A stretch of 59,400 nt of DNA, taken from Octopus bimaculoides. Its lineage: Eukaryota. The stretch is from the NCBI RefSeq assembly GCF_001194135.2, contig NC_068996.1:54211932-54271331 (forward strand). The letters are read 5' to 3'. Below, in pieces: positions 27,102 through 41,160 of the stretch; within the stretch, counting starts at the first letter, position 1; the number at the start of each line of letters is the position of its first letter. The notes under the pieces were generated by a model, which saw nothing but the letters and a program-made list of their open reading frames with translations, was not told where the DNA came from and ran no database searches. The position numbers were made by a program, and so were the translations under genes.

Positions 27102-30100
27102 TATCGTGCTGTTTGAAAAAATTCGATAAACAACCATTATTTATTCTGCATAAGAAATATAGAATTAATTATCTTTAGTATAGAGATTTTGAATATTGAG
27201 GTAATAGTCATCCTTTTTTGATCCCAGGTTTCTTCACTTTCTCTCCAGTTTTTAATTATCATATTTTAATTCTTCATCAATATACTTTTAATTGTAAATT
27301 ATTGAACAATTCGTGAAATTAATTTTCTTTATTAATTACAATAAGTTGAAATGGTAATTTCTTATTTCAGTAAATTGTATATCTTCCACTTGATACAATG
27401 CTCCAATCTGTTGCTAAGAAGATTTTTTGTTCTTTTTATTAAACATCACCAAAGAGTAAAGTATAAAATCTTCGCAATACAAAACTTCGATTTGATTTAA
27501 TTCCTACGATTCCGAATTCCTATATCGGAATATATACAGGTGGTATCGGCATTTATGGCCAGACAGTCATGTTCAAGTTTCTATTCCGCAATTTATAATA
27601 ACCAGTTATCGAGTATCATATAAACATGAGGATAATTTCTCAAGCTTTAAGCAAATAAGAAGTAATGAAAAAATACCTCAGAAAATTGACAGGAAAAGCG
27701 CAAACAATTTAAACGAATTCAAACACGTTTAAATTTCTCATCTGCTTTCGATGAAATGTGATTACAATTTCAACACCTACCCATAATCGTCTGTATGGAA
27801 ACTATCGGAGCTTAGACGAGCATGCACGAAAAATGAACAGATTGAAAAGCAGATGATAACGGAAAAATACAAAACGAAACAAAGGGAAATAACGCGCGCA
27901 TGGTACATCCTCCCCTAGTTATTTCTTCCTCGGGAGCCAAGTGCCTTGCGTCTGGGAACCAGTGTTCAAGGGATTATAACACTAAAATTATTTTAGAGCA
28001 TACTTAAGAATGTCTTCTTACATAGAGTTAATTAAATTCGAATACTCTGACATTGTATCCCTTAAAACATAATACACTAAGAGCCTTGTGATGATGATTA
28101 CGATATTGACTGATAGAAAACTATCAGACTAAGGGTGATGTACAAATCAGACTTTAGAAACAATCCAAAAACGCTACAGAAAGCAATTTTGATCATTTGG
28201 TTTAGTCCAAGGTATGTCAGTGAAATGTATTCTAATATAGGAATATAGTAATTATATCTTCAAGAGTGTGTTTCTTATCTGATATGTCTTAAACTTTTTA
28301 TGTCGCTGTCTAATAAGTTAACAATTAAAAAAATCTAATGCTCTCTTGAATCCATTCATACAAGTGTGATAAGTCTGGCATAAAGACCTTTTGACAGTGA
28401 ACTTAAACCGAATACATTCAACTTTAACGGAACATGTATTGATCAAATGCATTCCAGATGTATTTCCGATTCAAACTCACAAACATATATGTAAGTGTAG
28501 TTTAAATGATCTGTTGACTTTCATGGGAGGGGACGTGTTTTAGTTAATTTCAAGGCCAACAATATCTGGCTAGTTGAGTTTTAGTTCGTTTCATATCTTT
28601 CCTTTTTTGTGCACCACTAACATTCCCCAAACCAGTCATTCTCAATAAGCTCACATTTTATTTCATTGTAGAATGTTACCCACTATCCCATACTGTATGG
28701 GTAGTAGTATTTCACGAAGATTGCGTCGTGTTTGGCAATAAATCGTTGACGTTTTCCGATTCTACTTTGCATCAAGTATATATTATCAGATGATATGTTC
28801 AATCTTTTTAGCATATGGTATTTAACATAGATGTAACTTTCATAACGAGAGATAACTTACCTATTAGTAATTAAAGCAGCGATTTTAATGTCATTTTTGA
28901 CATGAGTATATTCAAGTAGTCATGAATAACTTTCTCCCTAAAGTTATGTAATTCTAATTTTGTTTATGGAATTACTTAAAACTTGCCATAGTCTCTGCAA
29001 AGAAGTTCTAACCATTATAGGTTTGTAATTTTTATAAGCTTCACAAAAACGCTTATTTGGTTCATTTTCCGCTCAGACGCTGCAGCTGTGTCACAACCAG
29101 GACGTTATGTTTAACGCCACAAAGTTACATCTCTGATCTATTCTCTTGCTGAAACAATAACGTTCTACAGAATATTTACATTCCCTGTACACCCACAGGG
29201 AACACATACCCTATACAACCGTTACCTGATAAAATTTCAAAACTTACACAATAAATACACTGCTAGTATTTCTATACACTTGCTATCCAATAAGAAAACG
29301 TAACACACTCGTCTACATACACACACAGTCAACAGAAATTATACAGCGTTTATGAAACGCCATCGCAACTCAACAAAATGGCATAACTCAAAATGCACAT
29401 ATTATACATGACAAATAAAACACCAAAATAGCACTAGAAACAACAATGTAGGGACACAGCTCATGAATATGCCGGCGGACATGGTGGTGCTGTAGAAATT
29501 TGCACGAAATTGTTCAAGAAATGGAAATGATGATGAAAAGGAGGAAGAGGTAGAGGTGGCAGATTCTTTTAGTATTGCTACCATAGTAATTTCATACATG
29601 TAATAAAAACGCTATACATACAGGTTACATAAAGTGAGAGAAAGAAGAAAGCTACATAAACGACATTAGGGGTAAAGACATTATACATCCTGAAAAATGT
29701 TAAAATAAAAAATTTAAATCTTAAAATCTTCAATTCTAATCTTTAAAATTAAATGAATAAAAAGTAGATAATTACATAAAACGTGCAATATAATTTAAAT
29801 ATAAATATAATTTAAATACAATTTAATTGATATAATTTAAAGACACAAGAAAAAGCATAAAAGATAACTAACTCACACAAAGGCGAGAATGCTCAACTAA
29901 GTTAGGGCAGAGCGTATCCCGTGTCTTCTATTCGGATTGCTCTTTCTCAAAAACCTCGGGATGAAGTGGAAGGGGGTCTACATCCAACTGAAAGTTCAGG
30001 TATATCTGCCAGTAGATTGATAACGAATTTGACCGGTCGGCTTATCCTTTCTGTGCTCTCTGTGCTCAGACCTCATTTCTTCAGGAGCTAATACGTCGAA

Positions 30101-30289
30101 ACCGCTTTTCCGAGCGGTATTGTCATTAGCTGTTCTTATCTCTACGAGCTTCATGGTTTCACGGTAAGGTAGAAGAGGTTTCTCAACCTTCCAGTCGGTG
30201 GGATGGATCTTTACCTGTTCTGGTTCCCAAGGGGACTCCACCTCTCTGAGTGACACAAACTCATTCAACTAATATGCTAAAGAAAAATA

Positions 30290-31000
30290 AACTTGGATAC
30301 AAATGTAGTAAGACAATCAATCATCTTTTGTAATTGGACGATCTCAAACCTTATGCCACAAATGATAAGCAATTAGAAACGCTATGGCATCCCCCCAAAC
30401 ACGGGTTTATCAAAAAATCTCTATGTGATTCGGTTTAGAAGAAGGTGCCCAGGCAATCTTAAAAGAAAGAACATTAATTAAGAACACTCAAATCATGCTA
30501 GATAAAGAAATTATGACGAAAGAATTTTTACCTAACAAAGACATACAAATGACTTAATAATCAATGATCTTTATCTAGTTCATTGATTCCTAATCAATGT
30601 GTGCAACACACACAAATTAACGAAAAGGAAATGAATAGGTGAAAAAAACTAGCCAATAGGCATCAATACTGTAGCCGTCTCAGTGATAAGTTACAGTTAT
30701 AATATTCTACACTAAATGAACAAGCGAGACCAGCGAGAAAAGCAAGGTAGATAAAGACTACATTTAGAATGCACCACCAAAGACCTAACACAGAATCGCT
30801 ATATTTACCGTGAACGCAACATGAGGGACTTTCTTCAAATGAAAAAAAGCACTATTATAAGACAGTCACCGTAGGCAGCTAAACTATAATAAATTTATAC
30901 GAATTGCTACGAAAAGCAAGTAAATTTTTTTAAATGCTTTCACTCTTCTGAGAAGACAACAAATACAAAACAAAATGAAATGACAGAAAAAGAAAGAAAA
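30290..31000 (+). mobile_element. R4/Dong-type RT remnant
   Basis: KTINHLL*LDDLKPYATNDKQLE resembles HLLYMDDLKLY. Heavily degenerate downstream. Confidence 0.7.
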
Positions 31001-31029
31001 CGATGAAGCCACAAAAATTATGAAAAAGA

Positions 31030-31610
31030 TAAAATCTAAGCGAAGATTAGGTCTACAGAACGCTATTATAAAACAAAGCCATGTAAAGTTCTAGTATGAC
31101 CAATACGTGAAGAAGAAAAGCTGAAGTGAGTGGTAGTAGGCAAGGAGAAACCGCAATATTGAGAAGCGTGGAACTCTTGATGTAGAAATTGATGGATTTT
31201 TGATTGTGATAATCTACTCGATTAAAATCCACCAAAAGTAAATAATGAAGTAGATTGGAGTAAGAATAAAATGTGTGGAGACGGGGAAGGCACAATCGTT
31301 TCTGGTCGCTCAGTATTAACCATAAAAGAATGCCAGTAGTATATAGAATACCAGCAGAAAAGCGACACACAAGAAAGGGCATGAAATAGGTAAATGTGCG
31401 ATGCTAAATTTCAAGTCAGAAGTGATCAAACTTCCAAATAATGCGAGACCAAATTTTTCGGTATTACTTAGACTTGTACCTTCATCACATTTTGAAGATG
31501 ACATAATTAGTGTCATACACTCATCTCCCAATAAATGAGATTTTAATAAACTTGTCAGTGGGAGTTTTTTGGAAATGTTCTTTGAATGAAACAAGGAGAC
31601 CGCCCTCTTT
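31030..31610 (-). mobile_element. CR1/Zenon-like LINE 3' remnant
   Basis: Frameshifted pieces resemble the post-RT region (..VFY..TG..; SINFYIKSSTLLN). Confidence 0.4.
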
Positions 31611-31815
31611 TGCTTCTGGTGCGTCTGAAAACGGCATGCTGCTAATTCAGTAGTCTAGCCCCTGCTGAACAGGCAGCATGCACCCAAATGTTTTTTTTTT
31701 CTTCCAGTAAAATGATTCATATTATGATCAGGGATATCTAGCACCGAATAATAACAACAACAACAACAACAACAGCAACAGCAGCAGCGACGACGACAAC
31801 AACAACAATAATAAC

Positions 31816-31847
<32 letters not shown>

Positions 31848-31859
31848 TGATGATGATAA

Positions 31860-32175
31860 TGTACGCCACTAGCCCAGAAGGAATATAAGAGACGCCATGA
31901 CAATATAGCGAGGCTTGTCCATTCGACACTGCAACAAGTATGGACTTGACAGAGCAAAAAATTGGTACGACCAAAAACCTGAAGGCATCGTCGAAAATAA
32001 AAATGTAAAGATCCTCTAGGAGTTTATGATTCAGTGCAGCCATGAGATAGTGAATAGGAAGCCAAACATAGCCTTAATTGAGAAAGAAAACAAACTATGC
32101 TGGATCATAGATATAGCATGCCCAGCTGACAACAAGGTATGCGATAAGGAAGAAAGAAAAGTAGATAGATATGAC
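31860..32175 (+). mobile_element. R4/Dong-type LINE 3' fragment
   Basis: Follows (AAT)n. YKRRHDNIAR..KIL*EFMIQCSHEIVNRKPNIALIEKENKLCWIIDIACPADNKV, then runs into an N gap. Confidence 0.88.
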
Positions 32176-32603
32176 NNNNNNNNNNNNNNNNNNNNNNNNN
32201 NNNNNNNNNNNNNNNNNNNNNNNNNNNNNNNNNNNNNNNNNNNNNNNNNNNNNNNNNNNNNNNNNNNNNNNNNNNNNNNNNNNNNNNNNNNNNNNNNNNN
32301 NNNNNNNNNNNNNNNNNNNNNNNNNNNNNNNNNNNNNNNNNNNNNNNNNNNNNNNNNNNNNNNNNNNNNNNNNNNNNNNNNNNNNNNNNNNNNNNNNNNN
32401 NNNNNNNNNNNNNNNNNNNNNNNNNNNNNNNNNNNNNNNNNNNNNNNNNNNNNNNNNNNNNNNNNNNNNNNNNNNNNNNNNNNNNNNNNNNNNNNNNNNN
32501 NNNNNNNNNNNNNNNNNNNNNNNNNNNNNNNNNNNNNNNNNNNNNNNNNNNNNNNNNNNNNNNNNNNNNNNNNNNNNNNNNNNNNNNNNNNNNNNNNNNN
32601 NNN

Positions 32604-32715
<112 letters not shown>

Positions 32716-32989
32716 GTTCTTTACTTTTGTATACGATTGACACAATCCATCACATAGCTGACTAATCCATCACCACGGCCAACTTAATGACAAAAAGCGC
32801 AACTCAAAAGTAACTTATTTATTGGTGCTTTGAACAATATTTCGGCATCTCGTGTGCCTTCCACAGGTTCAAAATAAATGTCAGTCTAATTCATTTTTTT
32901 TTTTACTCAATTAGTAGTTATTTTATCGACGGAAAAGAATGATAGGTAACATCGACCTCGGCAGAATTTGAACTCAGAATGTATATACG

Positions 32990-33520
32990 AATAATGAGAT
33001 ATCGACAACCTCTACCTACCTATGTAGAAGGAAAGCAGAGAATTGCTAAACTCAGAAGACAGCGTTACTATTGCGATATCGGGTTTAAAAACTATGTGAT
33101 ATGTAATGAAGAAAGAACACTATTGGCGGCTAGATATGTCTCAAAGATTACTGAAATAGCATGAAAATTCAAGAACAAAAGGAAGAGTAACAAAGGAAGC
33201 AGATGGAAAAAAAATTTCATGGTCATTTCATGTAGCAAAACTGAGAATGTTGTGATGAACGTATGGAAACATGAAACGAGAAACCGAAGCACTAATTATA
33301 GCTGTTCAAGGACACGCCATTAGAAGGAATTTGATAACGGCAAAATTTGGTAAAACTCAGAGGGCAAATGCACAACTTTCTGCGAATAGGAGTCGAAAGA
33401 ATTAAGCATCTCTTCAGAGGATGCAGTAAACTGGCAAACAAAAATAAGTATAAATGCAAGGCTGACCGATTGTTAGCCGAGTGTGTGGATTCAAAGTAGT
33501 AGAAAAGTGGTGTGAACATA
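32990..33520 (+). mobile_element. R4/Dong-type LINE fragment (post-RT region)
   Basis: IGFKNYVICNEERTLLAAR..KRETEALIIAVQGHAIRRN..SGC-like motifs. Confidence 0.7.
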
Positions 33521-33669
33521 AGCCAGAGGCTGTGATAGACAGTTAAAATTAGAAGATTTTATGGATATTCTCATAAAGGTTGACTATTCTAATGAAACAA
33601 GAAAGATAGAAGAGGAAAGAAGTTGTGTAAGATCATAGCCTTTGTAATACTATATAATAACCCTTTCCA

Positions 33670-34225
33670 TAATTGTTGGCACTCCGTCGCTTACGACGTC
33701 GAGGGTTCCAGTTGATCCGATCAATGGAACAGCCTGCTCGTGAAATTAACATGCAAGTAGCTCAGCACTCCACAGACACGTGTACCCTCAACATAGTTCT
33801 CGGAGATATTCAGTGTGACAAGGCCGACCCTTTGAATTACAGGCACAACAGAAACAGGAAGTAAGAGTGAGAGAAAGTTGTGGTGAAAGAGTACAGCAGG
33901 GTTCGCCACCATCCCCTGCCTGAGCCTCGTGGAGCTTTAGGNNNNNNNNNNCAGACACGTGTACCCTCAACATAGTTCTCGGAGATATTCAGTGTGACAA
34001 GGCCGACCCTTTGAATTACAGGCACAACAGAAACAGGAAGTAAGAGTGAGAGAAAGTTGTGGTGAAAGAGTACAGCAGGGTTCGCCACCATCCCCTGCCT
34101 GAGCCTCGTGGAGCTTTAGGTGTTTTCGCTCAATAAACACTCACAACGCCCGGTCTGGGAATCGAAACCGCGATCCTATGACCGCGAGTCCGCTGCCCTA
34201 ACCACTGGGCCATCGCGCCTCCACC
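33670..34225 (-). mobile_element. tRNA-derived SINE family C
   Basis: Minus strand begins ggaggcgcgatggcccagtggttagggcagcggactcgcggtcataggatcgcggtttcgattccc (A and B boxes). An internal ~165-bp segment is duplicated across a 10-N gap. Confidence 0.88.
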
Positions 34226-34663
34226 CCTTCCATAATAATCCCTTCCTATAAGACACAAGGCCTGAAATTTTGGGGTATAAAGGTCTACTCGATTACACTC
34301 ACCCAAGTGCTCGGCAGGTGCATATTCTATCAACCCCAACAGGATGAAACGCGAAGTCGACCTCGGCGGAATTTGAACACAAAATGTAAAGACGGAAAAG
34401 GCTGTGGAAGACTAAAATAACAACTATTCCTACGGTAACTGATACACTTTACACAACACTGAATTACTGGAATTGAGTCGCGGATTTTCAACTTGCAGAA
34501 AAGTGCAACCCTGTGTTCTACAAGAATTCTAAGAAAGCTTCTTCAAATTTGAGAAACTTGTCACCGAATCTCTAGACAACGTTCTTACTATTATAACTTG
34601 TAATAATTTTAACAACAACCACAACAACAACAACAACAACACAACAACAACAACAACAACAAC

Positions 34664-34725
<62 letters not shown>

Positions 34726-35049
34726 AATATCTTGATATGAGATCACCATGTCGCGCACATATGATCGTGATGCATGTGCCTCATGTACCCTCGTATATTT
34801 TACTCCACTTGTCACTTTGATGGTAGGCACTGCTCTTTCACTCAATAATGATAATAAAAGTAATTTCTGTATTTGCTGCTAATGACTAATTTGCGCATAA
34901 AACTACACAAAAACATCGGCATATTGTTTACAAACGCGCAAGTAAAAAGTTGTATAGAAACGGAGGTTGAAGTAAGGACATTGTACATTGAACATTGATA
35001 TTTGAATTATTTAAAATAAAATGGAATGGATATATCATTATAGACTATT

Positions 35050-35410
35050 ATGATGTTGCTATTGAGTTAAGAACTTCACTTTGCAAACACGAGCGTTCAA
35101 TGCCAATACGTCATTTGTAACGCATGTAACTTTCTCTATAGCCCTAGGCCGACCAATGCCATCTGAATGAATTTGGTAGTGCCAACTAAGTGGAAGATCA
35201 TCGTAAATAGATGCGTGTGTGCTTGAGTTTTTGTGTTTTTATCCCACCATCACTTGAGAACCATTGCTGGTTTGTCTACATTTTAATAACTTAGAGGTTC
35301 AGTGAAAAAAGAGTGCGATGGACTAAGCACAGTAGTTAAAATATGTACTGGATTAGTCTTTGACTAAACCCTTCCAGGCGGCTCTTCACTATGGTTGCAG
35401 TCCAATGACT
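35050..35410 (+). mobile_element. SINE family B, decayed
   Basis: gccctaggccgaccaatgcc..gaatttggtag..cacttgagaaccattgctgg..gcagtccaatgact. Confidence 0.75.
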
Positions 35411-37689
35411 TTTGAATATAATGATCAGTATTTAGGACGAGACGTAATTCACAACCTTTAAACGCAAATTGGATAACCCAACTACAGACGACCGAAAACC
35501 GATGAGCTGGTCGGGTAAAAGCACAATGATTCCACCTGCCTGCTTTCCATTGTATTGAAATCAGATGTTCGAAAAGGCGTCCATGGACATTTTATACATT
35601 GGTTGTAGTAAAAAAACAAAAGTTGCCTTTTCTTCGTGATCTTAACAACCTATGCTTAGATAGATCATTGATACGGTTTTCCTTACACTTCCGTTATCGT
35701 TCATTATCGTCTTTGGAAACACCAAGAACGCATCTCAGACTTACGTTGCTCCTTTTTAGCACGATGAAGTTCTTAGAAATTTTGTTTTTGCGATCTTCCT
35801 TTGTTTCTTTTTTCTCACAATTTTCTGTCGCTTTTCTCAAAGTGCCATCCGCTCCTCATTGTGGCATGTCAGTAAGATAATAACAGTAATACAAGGAATG
35901 GGATATCGGTCGCTTTAGCTTCTGAAACCGAGGTCGAAGCGGTCTTTTCCGTCATTACCAAAGTTTCGACCGGCATTACTGCTGAAACAAGCCTCCGGAA
36001 CCAGTTGTTTTTGTTGTTGTTATCCGCCGCTCCTCTCTATCTTTCTACTCCTCACCACCAACCACTTCGCTTTTTATTTGTACCCGTTACATGACAGAGT
36101 TTATGAATAGTCCTGTGGTTTTCGAAAATCGCAAGAACTTACAATGGTCACCTTTTTCAGCCTACATGTCATTTCTCATCACCTTTGCTCGTTGTATTTG
36201 AACATTTCGCACTTGAAAGAGGATAATGAATCAGGATCAAATGCTGTTACCAATGCTTCTGATTGTCATATCACACATATATCGTACTGCTCCTTGTACT
36301 ACGACTTTACACGACTATAGATGGGTATCCGCCGCATTATATCCGTGTCAGCATCGACCTTAGACTTGGCTAAGAAGGCACCACCCTATGCTTAGTTAAG
36401 TCGATTGGCAGCACGTGCATCCATACAATGAACAAATCCTCCTTCTATTGTTCCTCCAAGGACAGAGAAATACTCACTAACTCTTCGCGAAGCAAAAATA
36501 TGCCACTTTTCTGTTCATTAGCTCTATTGAAATTCCTTGGAAAGGCAATACAGTCTTTTGCGACAGCTCATGCTTTTTTCAAACAAGACTTCATCCAAGT
36601 CTGAAATTTTCCCAATGCTAATTTGCAAAATTCTCGCTTGGCAAATTATATTAGAGAGTGAGTACTGTTGTTGTTGCTACCTGAATCACTAAAGCTACTT
36701 CCAGTGTTATTATGGTATGTCACAGTTTCCAATATTATAATATTTTCCTTTTAAAGTATTATGCATATTTTTGCAAAGCATTCGTGTTCTGTCTCTTCTT
36801 TTTGTTTATTGTTTGGAGAAACGTTTGTTATAACTCAAGATACTGCGAGCGAGAAGACATTTTTAATTTACAATTGAAAATATTTTCTCAAAATAAAGTC
36901 AATATCTAAAACTTCCTCCTTGGAAGCGATATCTGTAAAGTAATTTTTGCAGGCAAAGTTGTACATTGTTACCATTGCTAAGCGAATCGCCAAAATCACT
37001 CTAATCAGAAAAGTAATTTTCAAGATTTAAATTGCATGTGTTATATTCACTTTTATTTGAAGCCTATATTATGCACTAATCAGGACAAGTTCCAATGCTC
37101 TCCTACTGTCACACTTGTATTACGCTACCCATTCACTGTAGTAAGGGTTTCGGGGTAGGCTTGTATCTCACTATATTCACGATATGCCTAGACTTTTTCT
37201 TGGACGTGAATGCTCTTATTGTTTGTCAAATTACTAAAACTATTCTTAGGATTAGTATCGATAAAAAAAAGTATTATAAGTTTTCCTTTCACATTGTATG
37301 TAATCTTCTGCAAATTATTCCAATTCATACTTTATTCGTTGCCTGTTTAATACTTAAAGTGTGTTTTTATAGTTCGAAATTTGTGTGGGTGACTGTGAAC
37401 TAGTCCATTTTCTCAATATACGAAAGGGGAAAAGTTGTTTGCAAAATAAAGATATTACCAGCACATTTCATCTGTTTCAAGGAAGAATTCTTTAGTCTCA
37501 CATGGCAAAACATATTACAATGTAAAAATAGTTTGGAAATTGAACATAGTGACAAGCTACCATGTCGCACATAATAAGCTTGAAATTATTTTCCAAATAG
37601 AAATTACCAATAGTATGCTAATTATCACCATAACAAAACCAAACGACTGTGTAGAAGCAAAATGAAAAAGCTAAGGCACCACCGATCTA

Positions 37690-37985
37690 CGTACAGCCGG
37701 AGCTGATCCGATCAACGGAACAGCCTGCTCGTGAAATTAATGTACAAGTGGCTGAGCACTCCACAGACACGTGAATCCTTAACGTAGTTCTCAATGAGAT
37801 TCAGTGGGACACAGAGTGGGACAAGATTGGCCCTAATGAATTACAGGTACAACCCATTTTTGCCAGCTGATTGGACTGGAGCAACGTGAAATAAAGTGTC
37901 TCGCCAAAGGTCTCAACGCGCCGCCGGTTTTCGAATTCAGAACCTTACGTTCGTGATCCGAATACTCCTATCAACCAAGCAATGC
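37690..37985 (+). mobile_element. SINE fragment sharing the family C 3' module
   Basis: gatccgatcaacggaacagcctgctcgtgaaattaa..cactccacagacacgtg is nearly identical to 33715-33785. Confidence 0.8.
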
Positions 37986-38029
37986 GCCTGTTTCTACATG
38001 GTATTAACATATTTAAACATATTAAACCT

Positions 38030-39250
38030 GGTTAGATTCAGATACAAATGTTGTAGAAGGACAATCAATGCCTTTTGTATAAAGATAACTCTTTATCGTA
38101 TGCTGCAGGTGACCATACACCTAGAAATTTTACTATTATTTGAACGCTAAAAAAATTGATATTAAAGATATAAAAGTCGGATTGGAGAGAAACAATTAAT
38201 TAAGAACACTAATTTTATGTTAGATGGAATGCAGTGCTAATAAATTTGCACCAAACACAGATTTAGAAAGAATTAGAAATGTTATTTTCTTTTCTAATGA
38301 GTTAGTGTTAGAAGGAAGCGCAGTACGCATGAATCATTTTAAGGTCTCCCATAGTTGTTCAGAGGAAGGGAGAAAGGTATCATCAGACTAGGTACCTGAC
38401 GGGAATTCTTATATAGAATCCTTATTTAAATTCGCACAAGGATGAAGAGAGGTTGTTAAACCAGGTAACAGATTAGATCTATCATCCAGAAAGGAAAATG
38501 GTCTCTATCATATTCCAAATAAATTTCTCAGTCGTTGTTAACTAAATCTCACTTATAAAGGCATTTGTTAATAAGAGGTAATGATTTAAAGCAGTTAGTA
38601 ACACGAACTGACGGCGCTGTAAAATCGAATCCATAACCACAGAATTGTGAAGTGAGATCTTCGTTACATTGCTACGCTTACGCATACACTCGTAAGGAAA
38701 ATTAATTAAGAACACAAACGTCAGTTTGGAAAGAAATAGGGAGAAGAGAATTTGACAGAAAAGCGTACACATACTTAGGAATTAATGAACTAGACAGTGT
38801 ACAATACAAACAAATGGAAGAATAGGAAGGAATATTACAGACGGCCTTCATTAATACTTAAAACAGAATTAATGGACAGAAGCAAGGTAGTAGGCCTCAA
38901 TGCTATAGTTGTTACAGTAATAAGTTACAGTTACAATAAACTTAACTACAAGCAAAGTAAATTAGCAAGACTAGACAGAAAATCAAACTAAAATGTGATT
39001 ACTATATTTAGAATAAGCAACGTGAAAGACGACACAGAAAGATTATATTTATCATAAATACATGGAGGTAGGGGCCTTTTGCAAAGTAGAAAACTATTAA
39101 AATAATATCAACTGTAGTATTGCAAATATTTAGTATTTGTTTGTTTTTTTTATCGCAGTTTACAAGCAAAACCTCAGAAGACATTGCCAAAGGCATATGA
39201 TGGAATAGAAGAAGTAATGGTAGAATAAGTCTAGACTGAAGAAGAAGAAG
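38030..39250 (+). mobile_element. R4/Dong-type RT remnant, interrupted at ~38270-38770
   Basis: RYKCCRRTINAF.. and YLGINELD..KEYYRRPSLILKTEL..LARLDRK..GGRGLL. Confidence 0.7.
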
Positions 39251-39334
39251 AAAAGCAATCAGACGCAGTGTTTTGTGAAAAATAAGACATATATGTTTAT
39301 ACACACGCAAACTCACACACACACATATATATAT

Positions 39335-39500
39335 TGGGGTGGCTGTATGGTAGTAAGAAGCTTGCTTTCTAACCACATGGTTCTGGGTTCAGTCCCACTA
39401 CGTGATACCTTGTGCAAGTGACTTTTACTGTAGCCTCATGCCAACCAAAGCCTTGTGGGTGGATTTAGCAGACGAAAACTGAAACAAGTCTGTTGTGTAT
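39335..39500 (+). mobile_element. SINE family B, 5' part
   Basis: ggtagtaagaagcttgctttctaaccacatggttctgggttcagtcccact..ggatttagcagacgaaaactgaa. Confidence 0.85.
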
Positions 39501-39501
39501 A

Positions 39502-39538
<37 letters not shown>

Positions 39539-40917
39539 TACATACATATATANNNNNNNNNNNNNNNNNNNNNNNNNNNNNNNNNNNNNNNNNNNNNNNN
39601 NNNNNNNNNNNNNNNNNNNNNNNNNNNNNNNNNNNNNNNNNNNNNNNNNNNNNNNNNNNNNNNNNNNNNNNNNNNNNNNNNNNNNNNNNNNNNNNNNNNN
39701 NNNNNNNNNNNNNNNNNNNNNNNNNNNNNNNNNNNNNNNNNNNNNNNNNNNNNNNNNNNNNNNNNNNNNNNNNNNNNNNNNNNNNNNNNNNNNNNNNNNN
39801 NNNNNNNNNNNNNNNNNNNNNNNNNNNNNNNNNNNNNNNNNNNNNNNNNNNNNNNNNNNNNNNNNNNNNNNNNNNNNNNNNNNNNNNNNNNNNNNNNNNN
39901 NNNNNNNNNNNNNNNNNNNNNNNNNNNNNNNNNNNNNNNNNNNNNNNNNNNNNNNNNNNNNNNNNNNNNNNNNNNNNNNNNNNNNNNNNNNNNNNNNNNN
40001 NNNNNNNNNNNNNNNNNNNNNNNNNNNNNNNNNNNNNNNNNNNNNNNNNNNNNNNNNNNNNNNNNNNNNNNNNNNNNNNNNNNNNNNNNNNNNNNNNNNN
40101 NNNNNNNNNNNNNNNNNNNNNNNNNNNNNNNNNNNNNNNNNNNNNNNNNNNNNNNNNNNNNNNNNNNNNNNNNNNNNNNNNNNNNNNNNNNNNNNNNNNN
40201 NNNNNNNNNNNNNNNNNNNNNNNNNNNNNNNNNNNNNNNNNNNNNNNNNNNNNNNNNNNNNNNNNNNNNNNNNNNNNNNNNNNNNNNNNNNNNNNNNNNN
40301 NNNNNNNNNNNNNNNNNNNNNNNNNNNNNNNNNNNNNNNNNNNNNNNNNNNNNNNNNNNNNNNNNNNNNNNNNNNNNNNNNNNNNNNNNNNNNNNNNNNA
40401 CATACATACACACACATATACATACATACATACATACATACTTACATACATACATATATACATACATACATACATGCATGCATACATACATACATACATA
40501 CACACACACACATACATACATACATACACATACATACATACATACATACATACATACATACATACATGCACACACATACGTATGTACATGCATGCATGCA
40601 TGACATAAACAGAGTTTGTTACGTTCTAAATTGAGTTTTCGTTACCAAATATCCCCACCGAGGTTTACTTTGTTTTTCATCCTTTCGATTATATAAGTAC
40701 CAGCCAAGTACAGGGGTTGATGTCCTCGACATCCCCTCCCCTTAAACACTACTGGCCTTGCGCCAAAATTTGAAACTGTTATTACCAAATCCCCACAGAA
40801 AAGCATTGACAGGAATCTATATCACAAATTATTTCGGATAGTTAAATGCCGATGTTATAATGAGACGTGGCATTTCTTATAAATTTCTCATGTATCATTG
40901 TCAGAAGCGTACACAGA

Positions 40918-40959
<42 letters not shown>

Positions 40960-40969
<10 letters not shown>

Positions 40970-41160
40970 TAATGAAATGTTTCTTAATTGATGTATCGAT
41001 TCGAACTGTGGAAAATATATCACTAAAATTTTGGAGAAGGCACCTAAATACAAAGATCTGGAAATGAGGAGAAAGTAAAATAATGGGTCAGGAAACAAAC
41101 AAAAGAAAAAGAAAAGATTCATATTAGGTATCTTGGGAATCATTAAAAATGTTACAGGCA
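40960..41160 (+). mobile_element. R4/Dong-type LINE C-terminal fragment
   Basis: KCFLIDVSIRTVENISLK..KYKDLEM. Confidence 0.65.

Noticed and set aside
29467-29495. ATG CCG GCG.. as the eag start (MPGG..)
   Set aside because: It reads MPADMVVL* with no similarity beyond two residues.
33775-34120. Tandem duplication within SINE C
   Set aside because: Identical copies on either side of a 10-N gap most likely reflect an unmerged contig overlap.
35485-35515. cgaccGAAAaccGATGAgctggtcg hammerhead-like string
   Set aside because: Stems I and III are absent and the core is imperfect. It is only a small hairpin.
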